NCBI GenBank assembly: GCA_024688225.1
Contig: JAILEI010000065.1
Coordinates: forward strand, 1 to 51,507
DNA: 51,507 nt
Direction of reading: 5' to 3'
Source of the DNA: Succinivibrionaceae bacterium
GTDB lineage: Bacteria > Pseudomonadota > Gammaproteobacteria > Enterobacterales > Succinivibrionaceae
The notes under the pieces are model-generated. The model searched no databases, was not told where the DNA came from, and saw only the letters and a program-made list of their open reading frames with translations. Below are positions 39,493 through 50,066 of the stretch, in pieces. Made by a program: the position numbers and the translations under genes. Position 1 is the first letter of the stretch, and the number at the start of each line of letters is the position of its first letter.

Positions 39493-39551
39493 AGGCGCTC
39501 AATCCGTGATCCGCCCCCTGGGCGGGCGCCAGACTTTCAGGTTGTTTAGAT

Positions 39552-40466
39552 ATGAATCAATTACTGACCGGCCTCGAGCCCTCCTGCGACGACTACCAGG
39601 AGATCCTGTCCGACGCGGCGGCCATGAAGGCCAATCCCGCCGCCTTCTCCGAGCGCCTCAAGGGGCGCAGCGGCGTCATCATGTTCGAGAAGCCCTCCCT
39701 GCGCACCCGCACCACCTTTGAGCTTGCCTTCTTCCGCCTCGGCGGCCACGGGGTCTACCTCGACCTCAAGGACGGGGAGCTGGGCAAGCGGGAAACCATC
39801 GCCGACTACGCGCGCAACCTCACCCGCTGGACCGACTGCCTGGTGGCCCGGGTCTTCGCCCAGCGCACCCTCGAGGAGCTGGCCAGGCACGGCACCGTGC
39901 CGGTGATCAACGCCCTCTCCGATCTCTACCACCCCGCGCAGGCCATGGCCGACTTCCTGACCGTGCGCGAGCATCTCGGCGAGCTGAGGGGGCTGCGGCT
40001 TGCCTACCTCGGTGACGGCAACAATGTCACCAACTCGCTGCTCATCGCCGGCGCCAAGCTGGGGGTCAGCGTCACCTGCTTCTGCCCGCGCGGCAGCGGC
40101 CCGGACGTGCAGGCCTACAATGACGCCCTGGAGGTGGCCAAGGCCACGGGCGCGTGCCTTGAGGTGCGCGACGATCCGCAGAACATCGGCGGCTTTGACG
40201 CCATCTACACCGACACCTGGGTCTCGATGGGCGACAACACCCCGCTGGACAGCGTGATCGGCCGCTACGGCCCCTACCGCATCGACCAGGACCTGCTCGA
40301 CCGCTCGGGGGCGCGCATCGTGCTGCACTGCCTCCCGGCCCACCGCGGCTACGAAATCACCGATGAGGTGATGGATGGCGAGAAGTCGGTGGTCTTTGAC
40401 GAGGCCGAGAACCGCCTGCACATCCACATGGCGGTGCTCGACCGCTACATCAACCGCAATGCCTAG
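39552..40466 (+). CDS. argF: Ornithine carbamoyltransferase
   Basis: FEKPSLRTRTTFE, HPAQAMADF, DTWVSMG, HCLPAHRG. Confidence 0.9.
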   Translation: MNQLLTGLEPSCDDYQEILSDAAAMKANPAAFSERLKGRSGVIMFEKPSLRTRTTFELAFFRLGGHGVYLDLKDGELGKRETIADYARNLTRWTDCLVARVFAQRTLEELARHGTVPVINALSDLYHPAQAMADFLTVREHLGELRGLRLAYLGDGNNVTNSLLIAGAKLGVSVTCFCPRGSGPDVQAYNDALEVAKATGACLEVRDDPQNIGGFDAIYTDTWVSMGDNTPLDSVIGRYGPYRIDQDLLDRSGARIVLHCLPAHRGYEITDEVMDGEKSVVFDEAENRLHIHMAVLDRYINRNA

Positions 40467-40524
40467 GGCGGCGGCGACTTTTTTAGGCTTTTGAACACTC
40501 AAGAAAAAGGACGGAGTTTGCAAG

Positions 40525-41757
<1,233 letters not shown>

Positions 41758-41773
41758 CGTGCAGTGCTGATGG

Positions 41774-41816
41774 GATCCTGCCCTCGCGCCTGGGGGCAGG
41801 ATCTTTTGCTTTTTTA
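41774..41816 (+). terminator. Rho-independent terminator/attenuator between argG and argH
   Basis: GATCCTGCCC-N10-GGGCAGGATC followed by TTTTGCTTTTTT, then the argH RBS AAGGAGA. Confidence 0.75.
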
Positions 41817-41829
41817 AGGAGATAGGAAA

Positions 41830-43209
41830 ATGGCTCTTTGGGGTGGCAGGTTCACGCAGGATCCCGACGCAAGGTTCAAGGCATTCAATGACTCCCTGCG
41901 CTTTGACTACCGCATGGCGCAGGAGGATCTGGAGGGCTCGGCGGCCTGGGCCAGGGCCATCTGCAAGGCCGGGGTGATCAGCGAGGGGGAGCTCTCACGG
42001 CTCACCGCGGCAATCGGGGAGCTCATGGACGAGGCCAGGTCCGACCCGGACGCCATTGCCCGCGCCGGGGATGAGGACATCCACTCCTACGTGGAGCGGC
42101 GCCTCATCGAGAAGGTGGGGGATTTGGGCAAAAAGCTGCACACCGGGCGCAGCCGCAACGATCAGGTGGCGCTCGACCTCAAGCTCTGGTGCCGCCACGC
42201 CACCGATAGGATTCGGGGATCGCTCACCGCGCTGCAAAGGGGCCTGGTGGCCGCCGCGCGGCGCCACGAGGGCCAGGTGTTCCCGGGCTACACGCACCTC
42301 CAGCGCGCCCAGCCCATCACCTTTACCCATTACCTGCTCTCCTACGTGAACATGCTGGAGCGGGACTACCAGCGCCTGGGCAACGCCCTGGCGCTGATGG
42401 ACTCCTGCCCGCTGGGATCGGCGGCCCTCGCGGGCACCGCCTACCCCATTGACCGCGAGGCGCTGGCCCATGACCTCGGGTTTGCCACGGCCACGCGCAA
42501 CAGCCTGGACGCGGTCTCGGACCGCGATCACGTGATGGAGCTGCTCTCCTGCGCCTCCATCTCCATGGTCCACCTCTCGCGCCTTGCTGAGGATCTCATC
42601 ATCTACAACAGCGGCGAGGCCGGGTTTGTGGAGATGTCCGACAAGGTCACCTCGGGATCGTCGCTGATGCCGCAGAAGAAGAACCCCGACGCCTGCGAGC
42701 TCATCCGCGGCAAGTGCGGGCGCGTGGCGGGGGCGCTTTCAGGCATGCTGATGACCATGAAGGCCCTGCCCATGTCCTATGACAAGGATCTGCAGGAGGA
42801 CAAGGAGCGGCTGTTCGACGCCCTGGACACCTGGCATGACTGCCTGGATCTCGCGGCCCTGGTGGTTGAGGATCTGGGCCTGCGCGGTGAGGTGGCGCTG
42901 GACGCCGCCAAGGGCGGCTGCGCCAACGCCACGGAACTGGCCGACTACCTGGTGGGCAAGGGCATTCCCTTCCGCGAGGCCCACGGCATGGTGGGGCGCC
43001 TGGTGCTGCTTGCGATCGGGGAGGGCAAGGGACTCGAGGATCTGTCGCTTGGGCAGATGCGGGGCGTGTGCCCGGACATCGGCGAGGACGTCTACCCCTG
43101 CCTGGAGGTGGGGGCGGCGATCGCCAAGCGCGATGTCAAGGGCGGCGCCGCGCCGGCCCAGTCCCGCGCCGAGCTCGGGCAGTGGGAGGCCACCCTCGCC
43201 GCCCGCTAG
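41830..43209 (+). CDS. argH: Argininosuccinate lyase
   Basis: MALWGGRFT..., [21 protein letters not shown]. Confidence 0.96.
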   Translation: MALWGGRFTQDPDARFKAFNDSLRFDYRMAQEDLEGSAAWARAICKAGVISEGELSRLTAAIGELMDEARSDPDAIARAGDEDIHSYVERRLIEKVGDLGKKLHTGRSRNDQVALDLKLWCRHATDRIRGSLTALQRGLVAAARRHEGQVFPGYTHLQRAQPITFTHYLLSYVNMLERDYQRLGNALALMDSCPLGSAALAGTAYPIDREALAHDLGFATATRNSLDAVSDRDHVMELLSCASISMVHLSRLAEDLIIYNSGEAGFVEMSDKVTSGSSLMPQKKNPDACELIRGKCGRVAGALSGMLMTMKALPMSYDKDLQEDKERLFDALDTWHDCLDLAALVVEDLGLRGEVALDAAKGGCANATELADYLVGKGIPFREAHGMVGRLVLLAIGEGKGLEDLSLGQMRGVCPDIGEDVYPCLEVGAAIAKRDVKGGAAPAQSRAELGQWEATLAAR

Positions 43210-43658
43210 TCCCCCGTGGACCCAAACCCGCCCTCGCCCCGCGCGCTGGGCGGGAATTTTGTGCACACCTCAAGCGCCACCCGCTCCACGGGCATCACCA
43301 GCAGCTGCGCGATGCGCATCCCCACCCTGATGAGGAAATCCCCCTGGCCGCGGTTCCACAGGGGCACCATGATGGGACCCTGGTAGTCGGAGTCGATGAC
43401 CCCGGTGAGGTTGGCGAGCACAATCCCTGACTTGGTCCCCAGCCCCGAGCGGGGGACGATCAACCCGCAGCGCGTGGGCTCCCCAAGGTAGAGGGCAATG
43501 CCGGTGGGCACCAGCAGGGTCTCCCCGGCCGCGAGCAGGGTGTCCTGGGGCAGCATGGCCCTAAGGTCAAGCCCCGCGGAGCCAGCCGTGGCGTAGCCCG
43601 GGAGCGGGAAGTCCCGCCCCAGGCGCGGGTCGAGCACCTTGGCCTGCACGCTGCCCAA
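43206..43658 (-). CDS. dut: dUTP diphosphatase (Dut), probable TTG start
   Basis: [46 protein letters not shown] 43658 lies 2 nt after the coaBC stop. GTG 43649 is an alternative start. Confidence 0.93.
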   Translation of the reverse strand: MGSVQAKVLDPRLGRDFPLPGYATAGSAGLDLRAMLPQDTLLAAGETLLVPTGIALYLGEPTRCGLIVPRSGLGTKSGIVLANLTGVIDSDYQGPIMVPLWNRGQGDFLIRVGMRIAQLLVMPVERVALEVCTKFPPSARGEGGFGSTGD

Positions 43659-43660
43659 GG

Positions 43661-44971
43661 CTACTTGCCCTGGCGCTTGGCGGCGCCCTCGAAGAAGAGT
43701 CCCATGAGCAGGTCGGCAAGCACGCGCTTGGGGGTCACCCCGAACGCGGCGACCCGGCCCTGGTGGTCGTAGACCGTGACCGCGTTGTCATCGCTCCCAA
43801 ACCCAATCTTGGGATCCGAGACGTCATTGAGCACGATGAGGTCGAGGCGCTTTTGCTCGAGCTTGCGCCGCGCGCGCTCCTCCCCGTTGCCGGTCTCGGC
43901 GGCAAAGCCGACGGTGTAGGGGCGGCCCTGGCTGAGGGATCCCACGGTGGCGACGATGTCGGGGTTCTTGACCAGGCGCACCGAGATCTCGTCCCCGAGC
44001 TCCTCCTTGGTGAGCTTGGTGTCGCTCTCCCGGGCGACCCGGTAGTCGGCGACTGCCGCGCAGCCGATGAAGAGATCGCTCTCGCGGACCCGCTCCTCCA
44101 CGGCCTGCAGCATCTCCTGGGCGCTGCGCACGTCGATGCGCCGCACCCCCTGCGGGGTGGGGAGATCGACCGGGCCCGCGATGAGGGTGACCTCGGCGCC
44201 GTGGCGGCGCGCCGCCTCGGCGAGGGCAAATCCCATCTTGCCGGAGCTGCGGTTGGAGAGGTAGCGCACCGGGTCGATGGCCTCCACTGTCGGCCCCGCG
44301 GTGATGAGCACCCGCCTGCCCACCCCGTCGGCCTTGGGCAGGAGGTGGGTCTGGGCGATTTCGAGCGGGCTCTCGGGCGCGGGCAGCATGGTGTTCTCGT
44401 CAAAGCCCAGGCGCGCAAGGTTGCGGCGGTTGAGCAGGGCGTCGATGAAGTCGACGATTTCCTCGGGCTCGCTCATGCGGCCCTCCCCGCTGTCCCCGCA
44501 GGCCAGGGCGCCGCTGGCGGGCCCGACCAGGTGCAGCCCGCGCGAGCGCAGGATCTGCAGGTTTTGCTGCGTGGCGGCATTGCGGTACATGTTGGCGTTC
44601 ATCGCCGGGGCCAGCACCACCGGGCAGGTGGCGGCGAGCGCCGTGGCGGTGAGCAGGTTGTCGGCAAGGCCGCAGGAGATCTTGGCGAGGGTGTTGGCGG
44701 TCGCGGGGGCGATCGCCAGGACGTCGGCGCGCTTGGCGAGGTTGATGTGGGAGATCTCGCCTGGGTTGTCAAACACCCCGCGGCACACCGGGCGGCCGGT
44801 CAGGGCCTCGAAGGTGGCCGGGCCCACGAGGCGCGCGGCGGCCTCGGTCATGATCACCTGCACCGCCGCGCCACGGCCGATGAGCAGGCGCGCGATCGTG
44901 CAGGCCTTGTAGGCGGCGATGCCGCCGGTGACGCCCAGCACGACACAGCGATTCTTAAGAGTCTGTTCCAT
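43661..44971 (-). CDS. coaBC: Bifunctional phosphopantothenoylcysteine decarboxylase/synthetase CoaBC (Dfp)
   Basis: [54 protein letters not shown] lies upstream of ATG 44971. Confidence 0.94.
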   Translation of the reverse strand: MEQTLKNRCVVLGVTGGIAAYKACTIARLLIGRGAAVQVIMTEAAARLVGPATFEALTGRPVCRGVFDNPGEISHINLAKRADVLAIAPATANTLAKISCGLADNLLTATALAATCPVVLAPAMNANMYRNAATQQNLQILRSRGLHLVGPASGALACGDSGEGRMSEPEEIVDFIDALLNRRNLARLGFDENTMLPAPESPLEIAQTHLLPKADGVGRRVLITAGPTVEAIDPVRYLSNRSSGKMGFALAEAARRHGAEVTLIAGPVDLPTPQGVRRIDVRSAQEMLQAVEERVRESDLFIGCAAVADYRVARESDTKLTKEELGDEISVRLVKNPDIVATVGSLSQGRPYTVGFAAETGNGEERARRKLEQKRLDLIVLNDVSDPKIGFGSDDNAVTVYDHQGRVAAFGVTPKRVLADLLMGLFFEGAAKRQGK

Positions 44972-45101
44972 GCTTTCCCTCCAGGAAACCAAAGGGCCCG
45001 TGCGGGGTGAAGCCCCCCGGGCCATGCCCCTAATACATGGAGCCTTGGGCGCTGATCTTCAAGGGCGCGGGCGCGCCTTGCCAATTGCACTGCAGAAAGT
45101 C

Positions 45102-45131
45102 TTGATCGGCGCTTTGCTATTGGGCTATAAT
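45102..45131 (+). promoter_or_regulatory. Candidate sigma-70 promoter for rpmB-rpmG (TTGATC-18 nt-TATAAT)
   Basis: The only candidate in the window with both -35-like and consensus -10 hexamers. It implies a leader of about 170 nt before ATG 45306. Confidence 0.45.
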
Positions 45132-45305
45132 CCTGCGCTACCGTTGGACGGTCGGGCGGGATTGCGCCTTGCCGCACCATGGACAAGATCTTGGGGCTGG
45201 CCGGCGCCGCGCCGCCTCCCCCAAGGCCAGGGTGCCCCCTGGGGGCCAACACGGAATTAGTGGCGGGCATGCGGCTGCCCATGATGATTTGGAGTGTGGA
45301 TTAGC

Positions 45306-45542
45306 ATGTCCAGAGTTTGCCAAGTAACCCATAAGCGTCCGATGGTGGGCAATCACCGTTCGCACGCCAGGAATGCGGCCAAGCGCCGTTTTCTCCCCAA
45401 TCTGCACTACCACCGCTTCTGGGTGGAGAGCGAGGGCCGCTTTGTGCGGCTCAGAGTGAGCGCCAAGGGCATCCGCATCATCGACAAGAAGGGCATTGAC
45501 GCCGTGCTTGCCGACATGCGCGCCGAGGGTCAGAAGGTCTAG
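45306..45542 (+). CDS. rpmB: 50S ribosomal protein L28
   Basis: [33 protein letters not shown]... Confidence 0.96.
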   Translation: MSRVCQVTHKRPMVGNHRSHARNAAKRRFLPNLHYHRFWVESEGRFVRLRVSAKGIRIIDKKGIDAVLADMRAEGQKV

Positions 45543-45553
45543 AGGATTAAGCC

Positions 45554-45730
45554 ATGGCTAAGTCAAAGAAGGGCGCGGTTGAGAAGATCCGCCTCAATTC
45601 GTCGGCGGGTACCGGCCATTTCTACACCACCACCAAGAACCGTCGCAATCTCCCGGGCAAGCTCGAGATGATGAAGTACGATCCGGTGGTGCGCAAGCAC
45701 GTGCTCTACAAGGAAGGCAAGATTAAGTAG
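45554..45730 (+). CDS. rpmG: 50S ribosomal protein L33 (58 aa; below the ORF-track size cutoff)
   Basis: My own translation gives [63 protein letters not shown] lies upstream of the ATG. Confidence 0.93.
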   Translation: MAKSKKGAVEKIRLNSSAGTGHFYTTTKNRRNLPGKLEMMKYDPVVRKHVLYKEGKIK

Positions 45731-45751
45731 CCCTTCCCAGGATCATGACAC

Positions 45752-45789
45752 GGCCCCATGCCCAGAAAGGACGTGGGGCCTTCTTTTTG
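45752..45789 (+). terminator. Rho-independent terminator after rpmG
   Basis: GGCCCCA...TGGGGCC stem followed by TTCTTTTTG. Confidence 0.55.
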
Positions 45790-45802
45790 CGGAGGGGCGA
45801 GC

Positions 45803-46621
45803 ATGCCTGAATTGCCTGAGGTTGAGGTGACCATGCAGGAGATTTCACCCCTGCTCATGGGTGCCACCATTGAGGGGGTGTGGAGCAGCGGCAAGGATCT
45901 GCGCGAGCCCATTGGCCCCGGGGTCATGGCCCTGGTGGGGGCCAGGGTGCTTAGGGTGTCGCGCCGCGCCAAGTTCATTGTGGTGGAGACCAGCCAGGGG
46001 ATCCTGCTCATGCACCTGGGGATGAGCGGGCACATGCGCATGCCCGGGCGCGGGGAGGAGCGGGAGCGGCACGACCACTTTGAGCTGCAGCTAAAGGATC
46101 GCCACAGCCTGCGGCTCAACGACACCCGCCGCTTTGGCCTGGTGCGCTATTTCCGGGACCTTGGGGAGCTGGGGGCCTACCCCGCCTTCGCCGCCCTGGG
46201 CCCTGAGCCCCTGGGGGAGGGGTTCACCCCCCGCACCCTGCACGCGGCGCTTCGGCGGCGGCACCTGCCCATCAAGCAGGCCATCATGGACAGCAAGGTG
46301 GTGGTTGGGGTTGGCAACATCTACGCCTCCGAGTCGCTCTTTGCCGCACGGCTCGACCCGCGCCGCCCCGCCAGCTCGCTCACCCCCATCGAGTGCGGGC
46401 GCCTGTGCGCCGCCATCAAGCGGATCCTCGCCGAGGCCATCCGGAACAACGGCACCACCTTCGACAGCTTCAGCGATGCCCTGGGGGACATTGGGCACTA
46501 TGTGGAGCAGCTGCGGGTCTATGGGCGGCGCGGCCGGGCCTGCCCCAACTGCGGGCGGGCCATTGAGTCGGTCACCCTGGGCGGGAGGAGCACCTTCTTC
46601 TGTCCCGCCTGCCAGCGCTAG
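45803..46621 (+). CDS. mutM: Formamidopyrimidine-DNA glycosylase (MutM/Fpg)
   Basis: Must start MPELPEVE (catalytic Pro2). H2TH region and C-terminal zinc finger CPNCG...CPACQ. GGAGGGG lies upstream of ATG 45803. Confidence 0.95.
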   Translation: MPELPEVEVTMQEISPLLMGATIEGVWSSGKDLREPIGPGVMALVGARVLRVSRRAKFIVVETSQGILLMHLGMSGHMRMPGRGEERERHDHFELQLKDRHSLRLNDTRRFGLVRYFRDLGELGAYPAFAALGPEPLGEGFTPRTLHAALRRRHLPIKQAIMDSKVVVGVGNIYASESLFAARLDPRRPASSLTPIECGRLCAAIKRILAEAIRNNGTTFDSFSDALGDIGHYVEQLRVYGRRGRACPNCGRAIESVTLGGRSTFFCPACQR

Positions 46622-47103
46622 GCCGGGCCCGCCCCGCGCGCCCTGAGATCCGCGAGGATTTCCTGGGGCACGAAGGGCGAGACGTCGCCCTGGTGGCGCA
46701 GGGTGTCGCGCACCAGGGTGGAGGTGATGAACGAGAGGCCGGGGCGGGTGGGCAGGATCACCACCTCCAGCGCAGGCAGGAGCGCGCGGTACATGCCAGA
46801 GAGGTGCAGCTCATAGTCAAAGTCGATTGCTGAGCGGGCCCCGCGCAGCAGGGCGTGAGCCCCCAGGCCGCGCAGCAGGTCGACCGTCATCCCGGAGTAG
46901 GGGCGCACCGAGACCTGGGGCAGCCCCTGGCAGCAGCGGCGCATTAGGTCGCAGCGCTCCTCGAGGGAGAACAGGGGATCCTTGGCGGCGCTTTTTGCCA
47001 CCGCCACCACCACCTCGGAAAACAGCGTGGCGCCGCGCGCGATGAGATCGAGGTGCCCCAGGGTGGGGGGATCGAAGGTGCCGGGAAAAACCGCCTTAGT
47101 CAT
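46618..47103 (-). CDS. coaD: Phosphopantetheine adenylyltransferase CoaD
   Basis: AVFPGTFDPPTLGHLDLIARG... Confidence 0.93.
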   Translation of the reverse strand: MTKAVFPGTFDPPTLGHLDLIARGATLFSEVVVAVAKSAAKDPLFSLEERCDLMRRCCQGLPQVSVRPYSGMTVDLLRGLGAHALLRGARSAIDFDYELHLSGMYRALLPALEVVILPTRPGLSFITSTLVRDTLRHQGDVSPFVPQEILADLRARGAGPA

Positions 47104-48154
47104 GGCTTGCTCCTGTGTTGCCGCAAAGGGCCCGGTCCACCATGGCGATGGCCTCGGGGATGCCGATGCGGCCCATGGCGTGGGGATCGCGCACCCGGTA
47201 GCGCCAGGGCCGGGGGCGGTCACCGAGCTCCGCGCTGGCGCAGCGCTCATAGGCGCTCACCTCAAGGTGGCGGTAATTGTAGGCCCCCACGCGGTTGGGA
47301 TCGTGGACGGCGAACAGCCCCACCACCGGGCGGCCCAGCGCCGAGGCCAGGTGCATGGTGGCGCTGTCGGGCGCGAGCAGCAGGTCCACGCAGCTGACCA
47401 CGTAGGCGAGCTCGCGCAGCGAGGTCTTGCCGCAGAGGTTTAGCGCCGCGCCGCCTAGGGCATCGTTGATCCCCTGGCAGAGCTCGAGCTCGGCCGGGGC
47501 CCTCCCACCCAGCAGCGCCACCCCCATTCCCCGGCCGAGGGCATGCCGCGCCACGGCGGCATAGCCCTCCACGGTCCAGTTTTTCTGCGCCTTGGCCGAG
47601 CATGGGGCGATGGCCATGATCCCCTGCCCAGGCGCCCCCAGGCGGGAGCGGGCCTCGCTCCGGCGCCCCGGGTCCAGGGCAAAGTCCCAGCGGGGGGTGA
47701 GGCCGGGGAACCCCAGCGCCGCGGCGAAGGCCAGGTACCCTGAGAGCACATGGGGCGAGGCGGGGGCGGCGATGGTCTCGTTGACAAAGAGGCGCTGCCC
47801 CTCCCGGGAGCGGGGGGCGTCATAGCCGATGCGCCGGGGGCAGGGGAGGGCCAGGGAGAGCAGTGAGGCCCGGAGCGAGGTTTGCATGTTGAGGAGCACG
47901 GCCACCTTCCTGCCCCTGAAGGCCTGGCGCACCCCCAGCCAGGCCCGCGCGAACCCCCGGGAGAAGTCGGCCTCCACCAGGGGCACCAGCGGCCTGCCCC
48001 CCTCATCCCGGAACAGGGGGGCAAAGCGCCCGTCAAGCAGCCAGCTGATCCTCACCCCCTCATCCCTAAGGGCGCACAGCACCCCAAAGGCGTTGATGCA
48101 GTCGCCCAGGGCGGAGAGCCGCAATGCCACCACCTCGGCCCCTGATTGTGCCAT
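47096..48154 (-). CDS. Glycosyltransferase family 9 (LPS heptosyltransferase-like)
   Basis: N-terminal LRLSALGDCINAFGVL, and C-terminal LLAPDSATMHLASALGRPVVGLF typical of GT9. GAGGAG lies upstream of ATG 48154. Overlaps the coaD start by 8 nt. Confidence 0.7.
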   Translation of the reverse strand: MAQSGAEVVALRLSALGDCINAFGVLCALRDEGVRISWLLDGRFAPLFRDEGGRPLVPLVEADFSRGFARAWLGVRQAFRGRKVAVLLNMQTSLRASLLSLALPCPRRIGYDAPRSREGQRLFVNETIAAPASPHVLSGYLAFAAALGFPGLTPRWDFALDPGRRSEARSRLGAPGQGIMAIAPCSAKAQKNWTVEGYAAVARHALGRGMGVALLGGRAPAELELCQGINDALGGAALNLCGKTSLRELAYVVSCVDLLLAPDSATMHLASALGRPVVGLFAVHDPNRVGAYNYRHLEVSAYERCASAELGDRPRPWRYRVRDPHAMGRIGIPEAIAMVDRALCGNTGASHD

Positions 48155-48191
48155 CCTACGGTCTCCTCGGAACGCCAAAACCCAAGCGCTA

Positions 48192-48200
48192 TGCTATCAT
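48192..48200 (+). promoter_or_regulatory. Candidate extended -10 promoter (TGCTATCAT) for the yejM-like/kdkA pair
   Basis: A TGn + TATCAT element 40 nt upstream of ATG 48240. Confidence 0.35.
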
Positions 48201-48239
48201 GCTAGACTTGCTGCGACCAATGTGCCGGGGGCGGGGAAC

Positions 48240-50066
48240 ATGAAGAGTAACTTGCGCATGCCAGTGTGGCTGTCAGTGACCACGCTGCCGATTGCGCTTT
48301 ATTTTGCCTCCTTCTATGCGGTTCCGGGCGAGCCTGCCTACGCCACTGCCTACATGTACATCACCGCGGCGGGCTGGCATGCCCTGGTCTACGGCGGTGC
48401 GATGGCGGCGCTGGGCATCATCATGTGGGTGCGCCGCGGCGGGGTGGGACTTGCCGGCTTCATCTACCTGTCCCTGCTCACCACCCTGGCCTTCATCGCC
48501 CTGGCCACGGACGCCAAGGTCTACTCCATCTGGCGCTTCCACCTGAACTTTGCGATGCTGGACCTGCTCATCAACGGCGATGGGCAGATCATCTCCTTCA
48601 CCCCCGAGACCATCCACTCCATCCTCATTGAGGCAGCGCTGGTGGCGCTGGCCTCCACGGCAGCGGTGGCGGCGGCGCTGTTCCTCAATGCGCGCGCCCG
48701 GGTGGGCAAGCCCTTCCTGCTGCTGCTGCTGTGCCTGGTGGCGGGCAATGCCACCCATGCCTCCTGCGCGGTGTTCAACATCACGGCGATTACCCAGTAC
48801 CAGAGCCGCCTGCCCCTGTACCGCCCCCTGACCGTGATGTCCTTCCTCATCGACCAGGGGCTGGTCTCCAAGGATCGCCTGAGCAACCGCAGCGTGGAGG
48901 TCACCTCCGGCGGGCAGTTCAACTACCCCCGCCACCCCCTCGCCTACAACGGGGCGGGGCAGCGCCTCAACGTGCTCATCCTGGCGGTGGACGCGCTGCG
49001 CAGCGACATGCTGGACCAGGAGGTGATGCCCCGCCTCTTTGGCTATGCAGGCTCTAGTTACCGGTTCCTCGACCACTACTCGGGCGGCAACTCCACGCGG
49101 GCGGGGATCTTCTCCCTGTTCTACGGCATTCCCGCCTCTTACTGGCAGGTGGCGCTCTATGGCTCGCGCCCGGCGGCGCTGGTGCAGGCGGTGCGCGACA
49201 ATGGCTACCGCCTCGGGGCCTTTGCCTCGGCCCCGCTCTACCGACCGGAGTTCCACCAGACGGTGTTCGCCGGCGAGCGCAACCTGCGCGTCGAGTCCCC
49301 TGGGGAGACGGTCTTCGAGCGGGACCAGAGCTGCATTGATGACTTCGCGAGCTTCATTGACGCCTCGCCCGATCCCTTCCTCTCCTTCATTTTCCTCGAC
49401 AATGTCCATGGCTGGGCGGTGCCGGAGGGCTTCCCCCAGCACTTCACCCCCGCCTACTCCGAGGCCAACCACATGGAGCTGGGCCCGGACGCCGATCCCG
49501 TGCCTTTCCTGAACCTCTACAAGAATGCCTGCCGCTACGCCGACCAGAACATCGGGAAGATCATTGACCTGCTCGAGGAGAAGGGCATCGCCGACCGCAC
49601 CGTGGTCCTGGTCACCTCCGACCATGGCGAGGAGTTCAACGACAACGGCCTCAACTACTGGGGGCACAACAGCAACTTTACCCCGGCCGAGATCAAGATC
49701 CCCCTGGTGGTGCACTGGCCCGGGCGCGGCAGCGGGGAGGTGCGGGAGCGCTCAGTCTCCTACGATGTCTCCACCACCCTGATGGAGGATGTCTTTGGGG
49801 TGAGCAACCCCCGCGAGGACTATACGGTGGGGCAGAACCTCTTTGACCTGCGGCCGCTGCCCTTCTTCCTCTCCGGCTCCTACCTCGAGAACGCCGTGGT
49901 GGAGCGGGATCGCATCGTGCTCATCGATGAGATGGGCATGCTGCAGTTCAAGGATCTCTCCTACCGCGACAGCCCCAACCGGGAGCGCGGGGAGACCATC
50001 ATGGGCGCCCTTAGGCAGATGTCACAGTTCGTCAAGCCCGAGGAGCGCCAGGAACCCCTGCCCTGA
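48240..50066 (+). CDS. Inner-membrane DUF3413 + sulfatase-domain protein (YejM/PbgA/LapC family)
   Basis: About 5 N-terminal TM helices followed by an alkaline-phosphatase-superfamily domain: LILAVDALRSD, SGGNSTRAGIFSLFYGIPASYW (compare E. coli YejM SGNTTDNGIFGLFYGISPSY), TSDHGEEF. The ORF-track start at 47829 is a spurious extension. Confidence 0.8.
   Translation: MKSNLRMPVWLSVTTLPIALYFASFYAVPGEPAYATAYMYITAAGWHALVYGGAMAALGIIMWVRRGGVGLAGFIYLSLLTTLAFIALATDAKVYSIWRFHLNFAMLDLLINGDGQIISFTPETIHSILIEAALVALASTAAVAAALFLNARARVGKPFLLLLLCLVAGNATHASCAVFNITAITQYQSRLPLYRPLTVMSFLIDQGLVSKDRLSNRSVEVTSGGQFNYPRHPLAYNGAGQRLNVLILAVDALRSDMLDQEVMPRLFGYAGSSYRFLDHYSGGNSTRAGIFSLFYGIPASYWQVALYGSRPAALVQAVRDNGYRLGAFASAPLYRPEFHQTVFAGERNLRVESPGETVFERDQSCIDDFASFIDASPDPFLSFIFLDNVHGWAVPEGFPQHFTPAYSEANHMELGPDADPVPFLNLYKNACRYADQNIGKIIDLLEEKGIADRTVVLVTSDHGEEFNDNGLNYWGHNSNFTPAEIKIPLVVHWPGRGSGEVRERSVSYDVSTTLMEDVFGVSNPREDYTVGQNLFDLRPLPFFLSGSYLENAVVERDRIVLIDEMGMLQFKDLSYRDSPNRERGETIMGALRQMSQFVKPEERQEPLP

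Noticed and set aside
39423-39551. Search for E. coli-type ARG boxes (TGAATAATTATTCA-like) upstream of argF and argG (also 40467-40524).
   Set aside because: No convincing match. The only weak dyad is TTGA-ACAC-TCAA at about 40492-40503, which is too short to call.
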